Shown here in pieces: positions 49,134 to 59,273 of a stretch of DNA of 64,000 nt. Source of the DNA: Myxococcota bacterium (GTDB taxonomy: Bacteria > Myxococcota_A > Polyangia > Nannocystales > Nannocystaceae); contig JBCCHT010000011.1 in assembly GCA_039028615.1 (NCBI GenBank), positions 1 through 64,000 on the forward strand, written 5' to 3'. The translations under genes were made by a program, and so were the position numbers. The notes beneath the pieces are model-generated. The model was not told where the DNA came from. It did no database searches and saw nothing but the letters and a program-made list of their open reading frames with translations. Numbering within the stretch: position 1 is the stretch's first letter; the number at the start of each line of letters is the position of its first letter.

Positions 49134-50135
49134 ATGCCCACTTGGTTCGAGCAGCTGTTCGGCTTCGAAGAACTCGACTACGAGGACACGGCTGCGCGAT
49201 TCGCCTGTCAGGGCTCCACGCTGACCTCGCGGGTCAATGGCCGTTCGTTCGAGGCGGGGAGCTTCGAGACCCCCTCGGTCGCCGAGCTGCGGGCTCGCGT
49301 CGCCACGCTCGGGACGGCGGGAGCCCGAGTCCGACACGTGGCGATCGGTGACGTGCTCGAGCTGCACGCACTCCCCGAAAACCGCCATGCGATGTTCCAG
49401 GTCGCCTCTCAGCTCAACTGTCTGGAGTTCGGGGGGCCGAACGAAATCCCCGAACACGGCGTCACGCAATACGCCTTCGATCCCACCCAGGGACCGGCCT
49501 GCTCCCTCGCCGCCGGGGCGGCGACCGTGGTCCGCAACTACTTCGTCCCCGTCGATGGCGTGCCCGGGCAGCGAAGCGACCGGCAGCTCGACAACTCCGC
49601 CGACCTGCAGCGCCGACTCGGCTCGACCGACGAGTTCATCACCGTTCACAACGGCTACACCTTCTCCGACGAGGCGCGCCTGGACGCGATGCCGGCCGCG
49701 ATCGCAGCCACCGGTCGCGAAGCGCTGATCGGGGCCATGCGCATCGGCCTGCAGAGCCGCTGCCAGGTCACCTTTGCCCGTCGCTTCGAGGAGCCCGAGT
49801 CGCCGACCTTCGTCTCCCAGGCGTTCTGCTCCGCGCTCTCGTGCGGCTACAACCGCCTACCCATCTCGATGTGGAAGCCGCTGGCCACCATCGTCCTCGA
49901 TGCCGCCTACGAAGCCACGCTGCTGGCCGCCCTGGCCGAGGTCGAATCTGGCATCGGCAGCGGCGTCGTGTGGCTCACCTTCCTGGGCGGAGGGGTCTTC
50001 GGCAACGACGACGCATGGATCGCCGCCGCCATCCGCCGCGCGATCCAGCGGGTGCCCGACCCTCGGCTCGACGTTCGCGTCGCCCACTACCGGTCGATCA
50101 ACGAGCCGCTGCGGGCGGCCGTCGACCAGGGCTGA
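49134..50135 (+). CDS. Conserved hypothetical protein, possible macro/PARG-like fold
   Basis: WFEQLFGF, FQVASQLNCLE, DPTQGPAC, AAYEATL, LTFLGGGVFGN. Confidence 0.75.
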   Translation: MPTWFEQLFGFEELDYEDTAARFACQGSTLTSRVNGRSFEAGSFETPSVAELRARVATLGTAGARVRHVAIGDVLELHALPENRHAMFQVASQLNCLEFGGPNEIPEHGVTQYAFDPTQGPACSLAAGAATVVRNYFVPVDGVPGQRSDRQLDNSADLQRRLGSTDEFITVHNGYTFSDEARLDAMPAAIAATGREALIGAMRIGLQSRCQVTFARRFEEPESPTFVSQAFCSALSCGYNRLPISMWKPLATIVLDAAYEATLLAALAEVESGIGSGVVWLTFLGGGVFGNDDAWIAAAIRRAIQRVPDPRLDVRVAHYRSINEPLRAAVDQG

Positions 50136-50146
50136 GCGGTGGTGGC

Positions 50147-50527
50147 TCAGGCGACCGGCTCGACCACCACCGCCGTGCCGTACACGAGGATCTCCGCCGC
50201 GCCCTGCATCACGGTGGAGGTCGTGAAGCGCACCGCCAGGATCGCGTTGGCCCCCAGCGCCAGCGCCTCGGCGCGCATGCGGTCGATGGACTGCTCGCGG
50301 CTCTGCGCCAGCATCTGCGTGTAGTCGCCGATCTCTCCGCCGACCAACGACTTGAGCCCGGCCAAGAAGTCCACGCCCACGTTTCGCGCTCGAACCGTAT
50401 TGCCGCGCACCAACCCGAGCGTCTTCACTACGCGGTAGCCGGGCAGGTCGTCGGTGGACGTCATGAGCATCCCCCCAGGGCCCCGGTTGTGCAGGTCGGC
50501 AGCAGAAGCAACGGCAGGCAGATTCAT
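50147..50527 (-). CDS. YbjQ/UPF0145 family protein
   Basis: GLVRGNTVRARNVG.D, VGGEI..YT, GANAILAVRF, YGTAV. Confidence 0.92.
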   Translation of the reverse strand: MNLPAVASAADLHNRGPGGMLMTSTDDLPGYRVVKTLGLVRGNTVRARNVGVDFLAGLKSLVGGEIGDYTQMLAQSREQSIDRMRAEALALGANAILAVRFTTSTVMQGAAEILVYGTAVVVEPVA

Positions 50528-50940
50528 CGTTTGATGTCCTTGTACGGGTCGGCGGCGTGGGTCTTGATGCGCACGCGGATGAGCGAGTACAGCAGCACGA
50601 AAAAGCCCATGCCCATGATCGGCACCCCGGCCGCGGGCGCGGCGAAGCACAGCAGCGTGCCCAGCGTGGCCATGCCCAGGCCGGCCGCTCGTTCCATCTG
50701 AGCCCGCGGCGAGGTCTCGGCCCGCTGCACCTCATGGTCTCGTTCGACCCGCGTCAGCCACCCCTCGCCCACCTGGCCGTCACGACGCGCCCGGTCGATA
50801 CGGGCCTGCAGCTGGGGGTCTTGCTCGAGATACAGCGCGAGTTCCACGTTCTCCGCCTCCGTGGCCGTACCGTGGGTCTGAGCGGCGAGCAGCTCTTCGA
50901 TGCGCACCTGTTCGGCATCGCGCTGTGGGGCGGGGCTCAC
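50524..50940 (-). CDS. Small two-TM protein with anti-sigma-like N-terminal helices
   Basis: Acidic helical N-terminus, two C-terminal TMs, ATGA overlap with the ybjQ-like gene. Start uncertain. Confidence 0.65.
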   Translation of the reverse strand: MSPAPQRDAEQVRIEELLAAQTHGTATEAENVELALYLEQDPQLQARIDRARRDGQVGEGWLTRVERDHEVQRAETSPRAQMERAAGLGMATLGTLLCFAAPAAGVPIMGMGFFVLLYSLIRVRIKTHAADPYKDIKR

Positions 50941-51085
50941 CGTGGGAAGACTAGCAGCCCCGCCATTCATTCCCGCCGCCCGTCGGTCGCCGATGGCGCT
51001 CGACGACACGAATGGGGCTCGCGGACCTCATGCGCTGGGCGTTGGCGAGCACGCGTCCGCGATCTACCCTCGACCGTAGCTGCCC

Positions 51086-51865
51086 ATGGTCACGCTACGA
51101 ACGATCGCCCTGGCCTCTGCCGCGCTGTGTGTGTCCTGCAACGGGAGCTCGGCCTCGAGCGCCGACGAAGCCGCCAAGGCCAAGCCTGCCCCGGCGGCCA
51201 CCGCCAAGCCCCGGCCCAAGACACCCACCAACGATCCGCACGCCATCGCCAAGGCCATGGATGCCAAGCCCGAGGTTCCCTTGCCGCCCACCGTGGGAAC
51301 CTTCGACGCCACCATCGATGGCGAGTTCACCCACTTTCTGCGGATGCCCCGGGGGCAGAACCGGGCCGTGGCCATACCCGACCACGGCGTCGCCCGGGTC
51401 AGCGTCGGCGCGGCCGTGGGCCACGAAGGTTGGCCGCACATTCGCCTGACCTTCGAGAACCTCTTCCTCGACGCCGCCGAATTCCCCGTCACCCTACCGA
51501 GCAAAGACAAAGGGCTCGCCGACGTGAGCCTCAAGGTTCGCTACCAGGTCAGCGAGCAGCGGGTCTATGCCGGCGACGCATCGACCATGAAGGTCACCCT
51601 GGAGTCGTGGGTGGGCACCACCCTCAGCGGCACCTTCGAAGGCACGCTGACGCCCACCGCCGCCGGGCTCGGCGACCCCATTCCCGTCTCCGGCAAGTTC
51701 GAGACCAGCCTCGGCTTGCGCGGCGTTCGGCCCGGTCCTTCCCCCGACGGCACGCCCGTCGAGCTCGTCAGCGACGGCCATGCCCTGCACGGCAAGTCGA
51801 GCGTCACGCCTCCGCCGAAGCGCGACGAGAAGGCGCCGGCCGAGCCCGCTCAGCCGCCTTTGTAG
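51086..51865 (+). CDS. Hypothetical lipoprotein
   Basis: Lipobox CVSC, A/K/P linker. Confidence 0.75.
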   Translation: MVTLRTIALASAALCVSCNGSSASSADEAAKAKPAPAATAKPRPKTPTNDPHAIAKAMDAKPEVPLPPTVGTFDATIDGEFTHFLRMPRGQNRAVAIPDHGVARVSVGAAVGHEGWPHIRLTFENLFLDAAEFPVTLPSKDKGLADVSLKVRYQVSEQRVYAGDASTMKVTLESWVGTTLSGTFEGTLTPTAAGLGDPIPVSGKFETSLGLRGVRPGPSPDGTPVELVSDGHALHGKSSVTPPPKRDEKAPAEPAQPPL

Positions 51866-52203
51866 TAGAAGCGCTCTTTGACGACCTTGCCGTCGCGCCA
51901 CCAGCGGACCGCGACCTCTTCCATCTTCACGCGGCGGCCGTCTTTGAACGTCACGTCGAAGTGCTGCTCGCAGAAGCTCACGTCGCCTCGCACCGCGCTC
52001 ACCCCGATGCCCGCCGAGTGCACCTGCTCGATGCTCCCGAAGAACTCCATCTCGCGCTTGCGGTTGACCTCTTTGCCCTCGAACACCTCGTCGTTCTCCA
52101 TCATCACGACGTCATCGGCGTAGAACTGCTCGAACGCTTCCAGGGCCTTCCCCTGGTTGATCATCTCGTTGAGCGCAGCATCGAGTTGGGCGACATCGGG
52201 CAT
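51850..52203 (-). CDS. SnoaL/NTF2-like protein
   Basis: FEQFYADDVVM.E, MEEVAVRWWRDGKVVKERFYY. Confidence 0.88.
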   Translation of the reverse strand: MPDVAQLDAALNEMINQGKALEAFEQFYADDVVMMENDEVFEGKEVNRKREMEFFGSIEQVHSAGIGVSAVRGDVSFCEQHFDVTFKDGRRVKMEEVAVRWWRDGKVVKERFYYKGG

Positions 52204-52381
52204 GAATCGGCGGTTCCTTGGTCCGAGGTGACGACGGGTACTACGTCACGGGGCACGCAGAATAACGCCTGCCCGGCGACAAACCGCCATCGGAATTCGG
52301 CTGACGCGGCAAAAGGCGATCTCCGGCGGTCTAGGGCCGAGTTTGGCCCCGGCTGGCGCCGGGGCGGAACCCGCGGCAACG

Positions 52382-52951
52382 CTATCGCGACGCGAGGATC
52401 GGGGCCGGCACCGGCAATACGTCGTCGGTTTTCGGCAGGCCGTCCCGGTACATCTGCAGCGAATAGCGGGCCACCTCTCCGCCGTCGACGCGCAGCTCGA
52501 GGGTCAGGGGCACCACCGCCTGCTCACCCGAAAGCTCCGCGGCGGCGTCGGCCAGCGACACCGCGACCGACTCCTGGTGGTCCTCGCCGACGTGCCAGGT
52601 GGTGACGTCGCTGTCGAGCACGCGCGCGTGCTGGTCGACCAGGCGCAGCTCGACCTGGGCGTCGCGCTCGAGGTCGGGGCGATGCACGGCGATCTCACCG
52701 TTCGGGCCGACCTTGAGCTCCCCCGACCGCTTGCCGCCGCCCACGTAGATCGCCCCCGTCGTGAAGTCGACCGCGAGGGCGACCACGCCGGGGATGAGTC
52801 CGGGGATGAACCACAGGATGTCGAGAACCAGCGGGCCCACGTCGATCTGTCCGCCCGAGTTGCCCTTACGCTCCGGGTACAGGAACGTCGCGCAGCTGGA
52901 CAGCAGGCTGAGGGTGACGATGGCGGCAATGCTCCGGCGAACGGCGATCAT
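52382..52951 (-). CDS. Hypothetical lipoprotein
   Basis: Lipobox LSSC-ATFLYPERKG; 'IPGVVALAVDFTTGAIY'. Confidence 0.78.
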   Translation of the reverse strand: MIAVRRSIAAIVTLSLLSSCATFLYPERKGNSGGQIDVGPLVLDILWFIPGLIPGVVALAVDFTTGAIYVGGGKRSGELKVGPNGEIAVHRPDLERDAQVELRLVDQHARVLDSDVTTWHVGEDHQESVAVSLADAAAELSGEQAVVPLTLELRVDGGEVARYSLQMYRDGLPKTDDVLPVPAPILASR

Positions 52952-53126
52952 CGAGCGGATGATAACGCCCACCGGACATTCGTGGGTGACTCCATGAAAG
53001 CGCGCAGCTCGCCTGGCCGGCCCTCGCCCCGAGCGGCCAAACCGGGGCCGAAGCGCTAGGAACAATGCTCATCGGCGGTGGTGAAAACCCGACACCACTC
53101 CCCGGTATGATGGGAAGGGATCGTTC

Positions 53127-53621
53127 ATGGAGGGTCTCGAGTATCTGCAAGCCCGGCCGGCCCACTGCGTGGCGACGTTTCGCAACGTGGTCTTCGTGTT
53201 CGGTTCGACACCGATGACGAGCACCGATCTGCTCCGGCTCGACACCGCCCTGCAGGAACGGCTCCGCGAGTATCCCGACGGGGTGGGTGTCCTTCGCTGG
53301 GTCCCGCCCGGCGGAGGCGGCCCGGAAGAAGAGGTCCGCCAGCAAGTCATCGAGCTGTTCAAGTCGCTCGGCGATCGACTCCTGGGCTTCGCGACCGTGC
53401 TCGAGGGGTCCGGGTTCTGGGCGAGCGGAGCTCGCAGCGTGCTGCTCGACATCAGCCGACGCAGCGAGTTCACGGCCCCGCTCGAGGTGCTCGACGATGC
53501 CGATGCCGGGGTCCAGTGGCTGGCCGAACGCCTCGGGGCTTCGGAGTCGCTGGCCGATCTGCGCATGGCCGTGGCCCGGGTCAAGACGCGCCTGGCCGAG
53601 CTCGGTCGCGCCCCGAGCTGA
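53127..53621 (+). CDS. STAS/SpoIIAA-like myxobacterial protein
   Basis: 'PEEEVRQ', 'ATVLEGSGFWASGARSV', 'DADAGVQWL'. Confidence 0.65.
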   Translation: MEGLEYLQARPAHCVATFRNVVFVFGSTPMTSTDLLRLDTALQERLREYPDGVGVLRWVPPGGGGPEEEVRQQVIELFKSLGDRLLGFATVLEGSGFWASGARSVLLDISRRSEFTAPLEVLDDADAGVQWLAERLGASESLADLRMAVARVKTRLAELGRAPS

Positions 53622-53650
53622 GCCGCTGGTTTCCGTCGTACAATCGTAGG

Positions 53651-54409
53651 GTGAGCCCGCGCCTCGCCTGCATCGCCCTCCTCGCTTGCTTCAGCTGCGG
53701 CCCCTCGAACACGCCCACCACCACGCCGAGCTCGGGCGACGCCGCTCCTCGCACCGATGGCGATCCGGGTCCCCCCGAAGACACGGTCGCAACGGCGCGA
53801 CAGGCCTTGGCCCCATGGATGCAGGACCTCTTCGACGACTCGCGGCGCCTGGACTATGCGTGGGAGTACGAGGTCGACGTGCACGACGTGGAGGGTTCCG
53901 TGGCCACTGCCGCGGGCACGCTCTCGTGTGCCATGAATCCGCCCACCGAGTACGAGCTCGACGGCGGTGTCACGGCATTGGGCACCTGCCGCACGTGCGA
54001 GTTCGAGGCCAGCGCCGACCAGCCGGAGTCGGCCGACTTCAATCCCACACTCGACGAGTGCTACGTGGGGAGCCGGGAGGGTCTGTGGATCGTCGAGGCC
54101 CTGCCCGCGCCCGGCGACGGCACGCTCGCGACCCTGCTCGACGAGGCGCCCTACCTCGCCTCCGAGCCCGTCGCGCGGCAAGCGGAGCGAGACGGCGAGA
54201 CGGCCGGGCTGCGGGTGGAGTCCACCGCGGTGACCATCGATGGTCAGAAGGCCGAGGCTTGGTGTCGAACCGACGAGTTCGTCGAGATCTACGACCCGAG
54301 CACGAGCCGCTGCTTCGCCGTAGGCCCCGGTCTGTTCGACGCCGCCATGGCCGGGCGCTCGGGGCCTTCCGTCGAGAGCTACGAGTGGGTCCAGGGCCCA
54401 CCCGGGTAG
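53651..54409 (+). CDS. Hypothetical lipoprotein
   Basis: Lipobox CFSC; acidic beta-rich body. Confidence 0.72.
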   Translation: MSPRLACIALLACFSCGPSNTPTTTPSSGDAAPRTDGDPGPPEDTVATARQALAPWMQDLFDDSRRLDYAWEYEVDVHDVEGSVATAAGTLSCAMNPPTEYELDGGVTALGTCRTCEFEASADQPESADFNPTLDECYVGSREGLWIVEALPAPGDGTLATLLDEAPYLASEPVARQAERDGETAGLRVESTAVTIDGQKAEAWCRTDEFVEIYDPSTSRCFAVGPGLFDAAMAGRSGPSVESYEWVQGPPG

Positions 54410-54517
54410 TTCTCGGTTCTGGCCCCTCGGAGCGTCGTTCCATGCCGATCCGGGGAAGAAGTTCGAGCAGTGTCGAATCTCGGAGGGTTCGACCGTCGTA
54501 GCATCGGAGCCATACCG

Positions 54518-55828
54518 ATGAGCCAGCGAGAGACCGCCGCGTATCCCCCCCGACCCTCGTCCGCCCCCCGGCCGGCCGCGGCCGCGTCGGTCGCCGACAC
54601 GATGATGGCGGACCGCGCGGGCACGGGCTCCGTCGCCGACACGATCGGCGCCGCCACCCAGCTTCAGGGCAGCTCGGTCTCCGCCTCGAGCACCCCCACG
54701 CTCGCCCCCACCACCCGGCCGAGCGTGCTCCCCGAGGTCCGCAGCGAGGGCGACGGGCTCGTGCTCGTGCCCCGCGACAAGACCCGCTACGAGAAACTCT
54801 CCACCCTCGGCCGCGGCGGCATGGGAGAGGTGAAGCTGGCCAGCGACCACGACATCGATCGCAAGGTCGCCATCAAGCGCCTGCTCCAGCCCGACAACAC
54901 CCACGCCGTGGCCCGCTTCGTCGACGAGGTCCGCACCGTGGGCAGCCTCGAGCACCCCAACATCGTGCCGATCCACGACGTGGGCGTGGACGACGACGGG
55001 GCCCTGTTCTTCGTCATGAAGTACGTCGAAGGCGAGACGCTGGCCTCGATCATCGAGCGCCTGCGAGACGGCGACGCCGAGTACCACGCCAAGTACACCT
55101 TCGAGCGCCGCCTGGACTTGTTCGCCGGCCTGCTGCGCGCGCTTCAGTACGCCCACAGTCGCGGACTGGTGCACCGAGACGTCAAGCCCGACAACCTCAT
55201 GGTCGGGGCCTACGGCGAGGTCATCCTGATGGACTGGGGCATCACCCATCAGGTTCGCGGGGAACATCGACCCTACGGCAGCGGCGACGCCACCGAGCGG
55301 GCCGCGGGCGAGACCATGGATGGGGCCGTGATCGGCACCCCCCTGTACATGTCGCCCGAGCAAGCCAAGGGCGACGTGCAGAGCCTCGACGGACGCAGCG
55401 ATCTGTACAGCGCCTTCGTCGTCCTGTGGGAGCTGCTCACGCTGCGGCCCTACGTCACCGAGGGCGAGACGGGCATGGAGACCGTACTCGCGGCGCTTCA
55501 TCGCACGCTGCCATCCATCGCCGACGACGCGTTCGATCATCCGCACCAACCGTCGGTCGCCGTCGAGCTACGGCACTACCTGCGGCACGGCCTCCGCCAC
55601 GACAAGGCCGAGCGCTTCGGCGACGCCGAGGAGGCGTTGTTCCAGCTCGAGCAGGTCCGGGCGGGGGACTTCGCCGTCCAGTGTCCCGTCACCTTCATGA
55701 AGCGCAACAACACCCGCATGGGCCGCTTCATGGATCGGCACCCGGTCGGCTCCCTGTGGCTAGCGGGCTCCACCGCGGCGATGTTCCTGTTCGGCCTCGC
55801 GGGCTGGGTGGCGTTCGCCGCCTCGTAG
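54518..55828 (+). CDS. Ser/Thr protein kinase with C-terminal TM
   Basis: LGRGGMGEV, VAIK, HRDVKPDN, DWG, GTPLYMSPEQ, DLYS. Confidence 0.95.
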   Translation: MSQRETAAYPPRPSSAPRPAAAASVADTMMADRAGTGSVADTIGAATQLQGSSVSASSTPTLAPTTRPSVLPEVRSEGDGLVLVPRDKTRYEKLSTLGRGGMGEVKLASDHDIDRKVAIKRLLQPDNTHAVARFVDEVRTVGSLEHPNIVPIHDVGVDDDGALFFVMKYVEGETLASIIERLRDGDAEYHAKYTFERRLDLFAGLLRALQYAHSRGLVHRDVKPDNLMVGAYGEVILMDWGITHQVRGEHRPYGSGDATERAAGETMDGAVIGTPLYMSPEQAKGDVQSLDGRSDLYSAFVVLWELLTLRPYVTEGETGMETVLAALHRTLPSIADDAFDHPHQPSVAVELRHYLRHGLRHDKAERFGDAEEALFQLEQVRAGDFAVQCPVTFMKRNNTRMGRFMDRHPVGSLWLAGSTAAMFLFGLAGWVAFAAS

Positions 55829-55948
55829 GACCCTGGCGCGCTCGGCCAGTAACATGGCGCGCCGGGCGAGTGACGGCGGAGGCAGCGACGACTATGCTGC
55901 GGGCGTGCGGTGCCGACCGAGAGCCTCTCACCGTGAGCGAAGGGCCTG

Positions 55949-57073
55949 ATGGAGGGCATCTTCTCCACCGTACTCATGGTGGCCGGAGCCGTGATCATCG
56001 ACGGCTGGACCGCCTTTGGTGAAGCCCCCGCCGACACGCGGCTCGATCGCATGCAGGCCTCGTCGCAGTGGGACGGCGACGGGTTCGAGAACCCCCAGCC
56101 GCTGTGGAACGACATCCTCGGCGCCGCGTTCACCAACGTCGCCCCCGCACAGGTCCCGTCGGAGCCCTTGCCCGTCGAGGCAGTGCCCGCGAGTCGCTTC
56201 GAGATTCCTCCCGACAGCGGCCTGCGCGTCACCTGGCTCGGCCACTCCACCACCCTCATCGAAATCGACGGCGTACGCGTGCTCACCGATCCGGTCTGGA
56301 GCGAGGTCATCTCCCCGGTGGATTGGGCGGGCCCGCGGCGTTGGTACGCGCCGCCGCTGAAGCTCGAGGACGTCCCCGCGATCGATGCCGTCGTGATCTC
56401 GCACGATCACTACGACCACCTCGACTACCCGACCATCGAGGCCATGCTCGCGTGGGACACCCAGTTCATCGCCCCGCTCGGCGTGGGTGCTCACCTCGAG
56501 TACTGGGGCGTGCCCCCGTCGCGCATCACCGAGCTCGACTGGTGGGAGGAGACCGCGGTCGAGGGCCTCACCATCACCGCCACCCCGGCTCGGCACGCGT
56601 CCGGCCGCCACGTGCTCGACCAAAACCGCACCCTGTGGGCCGGGTACGCGCTCACCTCGACCGAGCATCGCGTGTACTTCTCCGGCGACACCGGGCTGTT
56701 CCCCGCCATGAAGACCATCGGCGAGCGGCTGGGTCCCTTCGACCTCACGATGATCGAAGTCGGGGCCTACGACCAAGGCTGGCCGGACTGGCACATCGGG
56801 CCCGAGCAGGCCGTCCGGGCGCACGAATGGGTGCAAGGGGACGTGCTGCTCCCCATCCACTGGGGGCTGTTCGATCTCGCCAACCACGGCTGGACGGAGC
56901 CCATGGAGCGCGTCGTGGTCGAGGCGGAGAGCCGATGCGTCCCCTTGGCTTCGGTGGTCCCCGGGGGCTCGGTCGAGCCGATCGACGTCATCATCGGACC
57001 CACGCGCTGGTGGCCCTTCGCGCCGTGGCGGCAAGCCTACGACTACCCGGTCATTTCCACGAAAGTGGACTGA
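55949..57073 (+). CDS. MBL-fold metallo-hydrolase (NAPE-PLD/RomA-like)
   Basis: TWLGHST, TDPVWS, SHDHYDHLD, PARHASGR, FSGDTG, PIHWG. Confidence 0.92.
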   Translation: MEGIFSTVLMVAGAVIIDGWTAFGEAPADTRLDRMQASSQWDGDGFENPQPLWNDILGAAFTNVAPAQVPSEPLPVEAVPASRFEIPPDSGLRVTWLGHSTTLIEIDGVRVLTDPVWSEVISPVDWAGPRRWYAPPLKLEDVPAIDAVVISHDHYDHLDYPTIEAMLAWDTQFIAPLGVGAHLEYWGVPPSRITELDWWEETAVEGLTITATPARHASGRHVLDQNRTLWAGYALTSTEHRVYFSGDTGLFPAMKTIGERLGPFDLTMIEVGAYDQGWPDWHIGPEQAVRAHEWVQGDVLLPIHWGLFDLANHGWTEPMERVVVEAESRCVPLASVVPGGSVEPIDVIIGPTRWWPFAPWRQAYDYPVISTKVD

Positions 57074-57689
57074 GTAGGCGGCCGCCTTCGGGACGACCGC
57101 GGGCGGCGGTTCACCCGCCAACCATCGGTGCCTTCGCGGCGTGAATGTGGCCGTTGCGAGCAGAGTAATCCGCCCGACATCGAGGCAGGACTGCGACGAC
57201 TGCAGCGACACGACCGGATCTTCGCCGACGGTGAGGTCACCCGATCGATTCTCGCAGTCGCAGGGCCGCGAACCTTGCCGGGGCTGAACCGTCTCGCTCG
57301 ATTCGTCACCGACGACGCACCGCTCGGCATGCGGCGGACACTGGCCAACGCATCATCTCGCCCCGACTGCGCCCAGTCGCTCGCCGACGATCGTGATCCC
57401 CTCGTGCCTGCCGAACTGGCATGCACCGCCGAGGCTGAGCAATGAAGGGTTCCGTGAAGTCCACCCGCGGCGATGTGTGAAGGAACGCCCGATGTCGCGA
57501 GTCTCCGCAGAAAAACTCGGGACAACGTTCGTTTTCCGACTAGACCGAGCGCGAACGAAGAGAACCTCGCGTGACCTCCGTTTCCGCCGATCAGGAGCGT
57601 AGCGGAGGGTCGCCTGGACATAGATTGCGATGGATCGAGCGTGGCGTACGAGGGGTCATTGGCCGTCAATCGAGCAAGGGAGACGAGCG

Positions 57690-58085
57690 TTGTTGAACTT
57701 GAGATCCGAGCAGATGGAAGTCCTGCACGAGCTGGAGCTGTCGCCCTATGTGGCAGAACTCGGTGCTACGTTGCGCAGCCGCTTTCCCGACCTGCTGGGC
57801 GCGCTGCCGAGCGAGGCCATGGACGCACGGGTCGTGGGGGGCATGCGCCGCGCCTTCGGCTACGGATTGGTCGGCTTCTCCGACGTCGCGCGCTACCTCA
57901 ACCTCGAGGTGATCTACGGGCCTTCGCTCGAGCGCGGCGAGCCGTGGATGCGACGGATGTTGCGAGACGCATCGGTGGGCAGCCCCCGGCGCCGCCTCGA
58001 TCGCCTCGTGGCCGCATGTGTGCAGTGGCTTCGCATGCAGGAAGCCAGCGCGACCGCTCGCCACAGCTACGGGGGTCGTCAATGA
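57690..58085 (+). CDS. Small helical adaptor-like protein (paralog of 28975-29349)
   Basis: TTG start after AAGGGAG; 'LLNLRSEQ...RFP...AFGYG...DVARYLNL...G...PW'. Confidence 0.7.
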   Translation: MLNLRSEQMEVLHELELSPYVAELGATLRSRFPDLLGALPSEAMDARVVGGMRRAFGYGLVGFSDVARYLNLEVIYGPSLERGEPWMRRMLRDASVGSPRRRLDRLVAACVQWLRMQEASATARHSYGGRQ

Positions 58086-59245
58086 CGGTCCGCGCTCGCT
58101 CCCGCCGACCCGACGCCGAGACCCGCGCCCGCCGACGGGGCCGCATCTCCGTGGACAAAGGCAGCGGGACTCCCGACGAGAACTTCACCGTGCCGAGCGA
58201 GCCGGAGGAAGACAAACCGACCGGCCCCGGCCTGAGCATGGCCGACGCGTTGGCCTCGGCCGATGTGAACGCTCGTGTCCCGACCGCCGCCGATCCCTTG
58301 GTCAGCCCCTGCTCTTCGTCCGAGGTCCACGCCATCGAAGTCGAGGTCCACGACCAAGACGGCAAGCCACGCCCGGGCCTCGAAGTGCAGCTGTCCCGCA
58401 ACGACGACGAGGCGCTGCTCGGTGAGACCGACGCCGCCGGATGGGTGCGCTTCGATGGCCTCGAGCCCGGCCGCTACTCGGTGGGACTGCCTGGCATCGA
58501 CAACGCCGCATGGTCGGCCGCCGCTCCCGAGAACCTCCCCGATGACCGCGGCAAGAGCCACGGGAAGGCCCAGTGGGCGTCGCCGAGCCAACCTCCCGGC
58601 CAGACCACCCACACCGTGCAGCCGGGCGAAGGCGTGTATCAGCTCGCCCGCCTCCACGGCATGCTGGTCGAGACCCTGTGGGCGGCCAACGCGGCGCTCC
58701 ACCCCACGCGGGACGACCCCAATATCCTGTCGCCGGGCGACGAGCTGACCATTCCCGCCCGCGAGCTCGGAGCCGAGGCAGTGTCCTCCGGTCAGCGGCT
58801 CACGCTGAAGGTGCAGGAGCCACAGCAGACCCTGGAGCTGCAGTTCATCGACATCGAGGGCAAGCCGCGGGGCGGCGTGCCCTACCTGCTGACCATTCGA
58901 ACGAAATCGGGCGACCTGGTCATCTCGGGCAAGACCGATGGCCAGGGCGCCATCAAGCAGCCCGTGCCGCCCGAGGCGTCACGCGCCACGTTGGCCTTGG
59001 GCCAGGGCGAGCATGCGACGACCTACGAGCTGTCGCTCAACTACCTCGAGCCGGTCGACGGCATCCGGGGTGCCCGAGCCCGGCTGCTCAACCTCGGCTA
59101 CGTGGTGGGGGAAGCTGACGATGAGACGCTCGACCCCATCACCGCCCGGGCGCTGCTCGATTTTCAACGGGACATGAAGCTCGAGCCGAAGGGTCGACTC
59201 GACGACCCGACCCTCGCGAAACTTCGCGAGCTCCACTGCAGCTAG
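58082..59245 (+). CDS. Beta-sandwich + LysM + beta-sandwich + peptidoglycan-binding domain protein
   Basis: 'IEVEVHDQDGKPRP..GETDAAG', LysM 'HTVQPGEG...ILSPGDELTIP', PGBD 'ARLLNLGY...ALLDFQRD...GRLDDPT'; ATGA overlap upstream. Confidence 0.85.
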   Translation: MTVRARSRRPDAETRARRRGRISVDKGSGTPDENFTVPSEPEEDKPTGPGLSMADALASADVNARVPTAADPLVSPCSSSEVHAIEVEVHDQDGKPRPGLEVQLSRNDDEALLGETDAAGWVRFDGLEPGRYSVGLPGIDNAAWSAAAPENLPDDRGKSHGKAQWASPSQPPGQTTHTVQPGEGVYQLARLHGMLVETLWAANAALHPTRDDPNILSPGDELTIPARELGAEAVSSGQRLTLKVQEPQQTLELQFIDIEGKPRGGVPYLLTIRTKSGDLVISGKTDGQGAIKQPVPPEASRATLALGQGEHATTYELSLNYLEPVDGIRGARARLLNLGYVVGEADDETLDPITARALLDFQRDMKLEPKGRLDDPTLAKLRELHCS

Positions 59246-59273
59246 CCGCCGCCCCTTCGTAGGAAAACAACAG

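Noticed and set aside
55949..57073. NAPE-PLD-like hydrolase as part of the PLD cassette
   Set aside because: Separated by about 615 bp containing hairpins; a widespread family; no evidence of linkage.
57614..57629. Sigma54 promoter (TGGACATAGATTGC)
   Set aside because: GG-to-GC spacing is 9 nt rather than the required 10.
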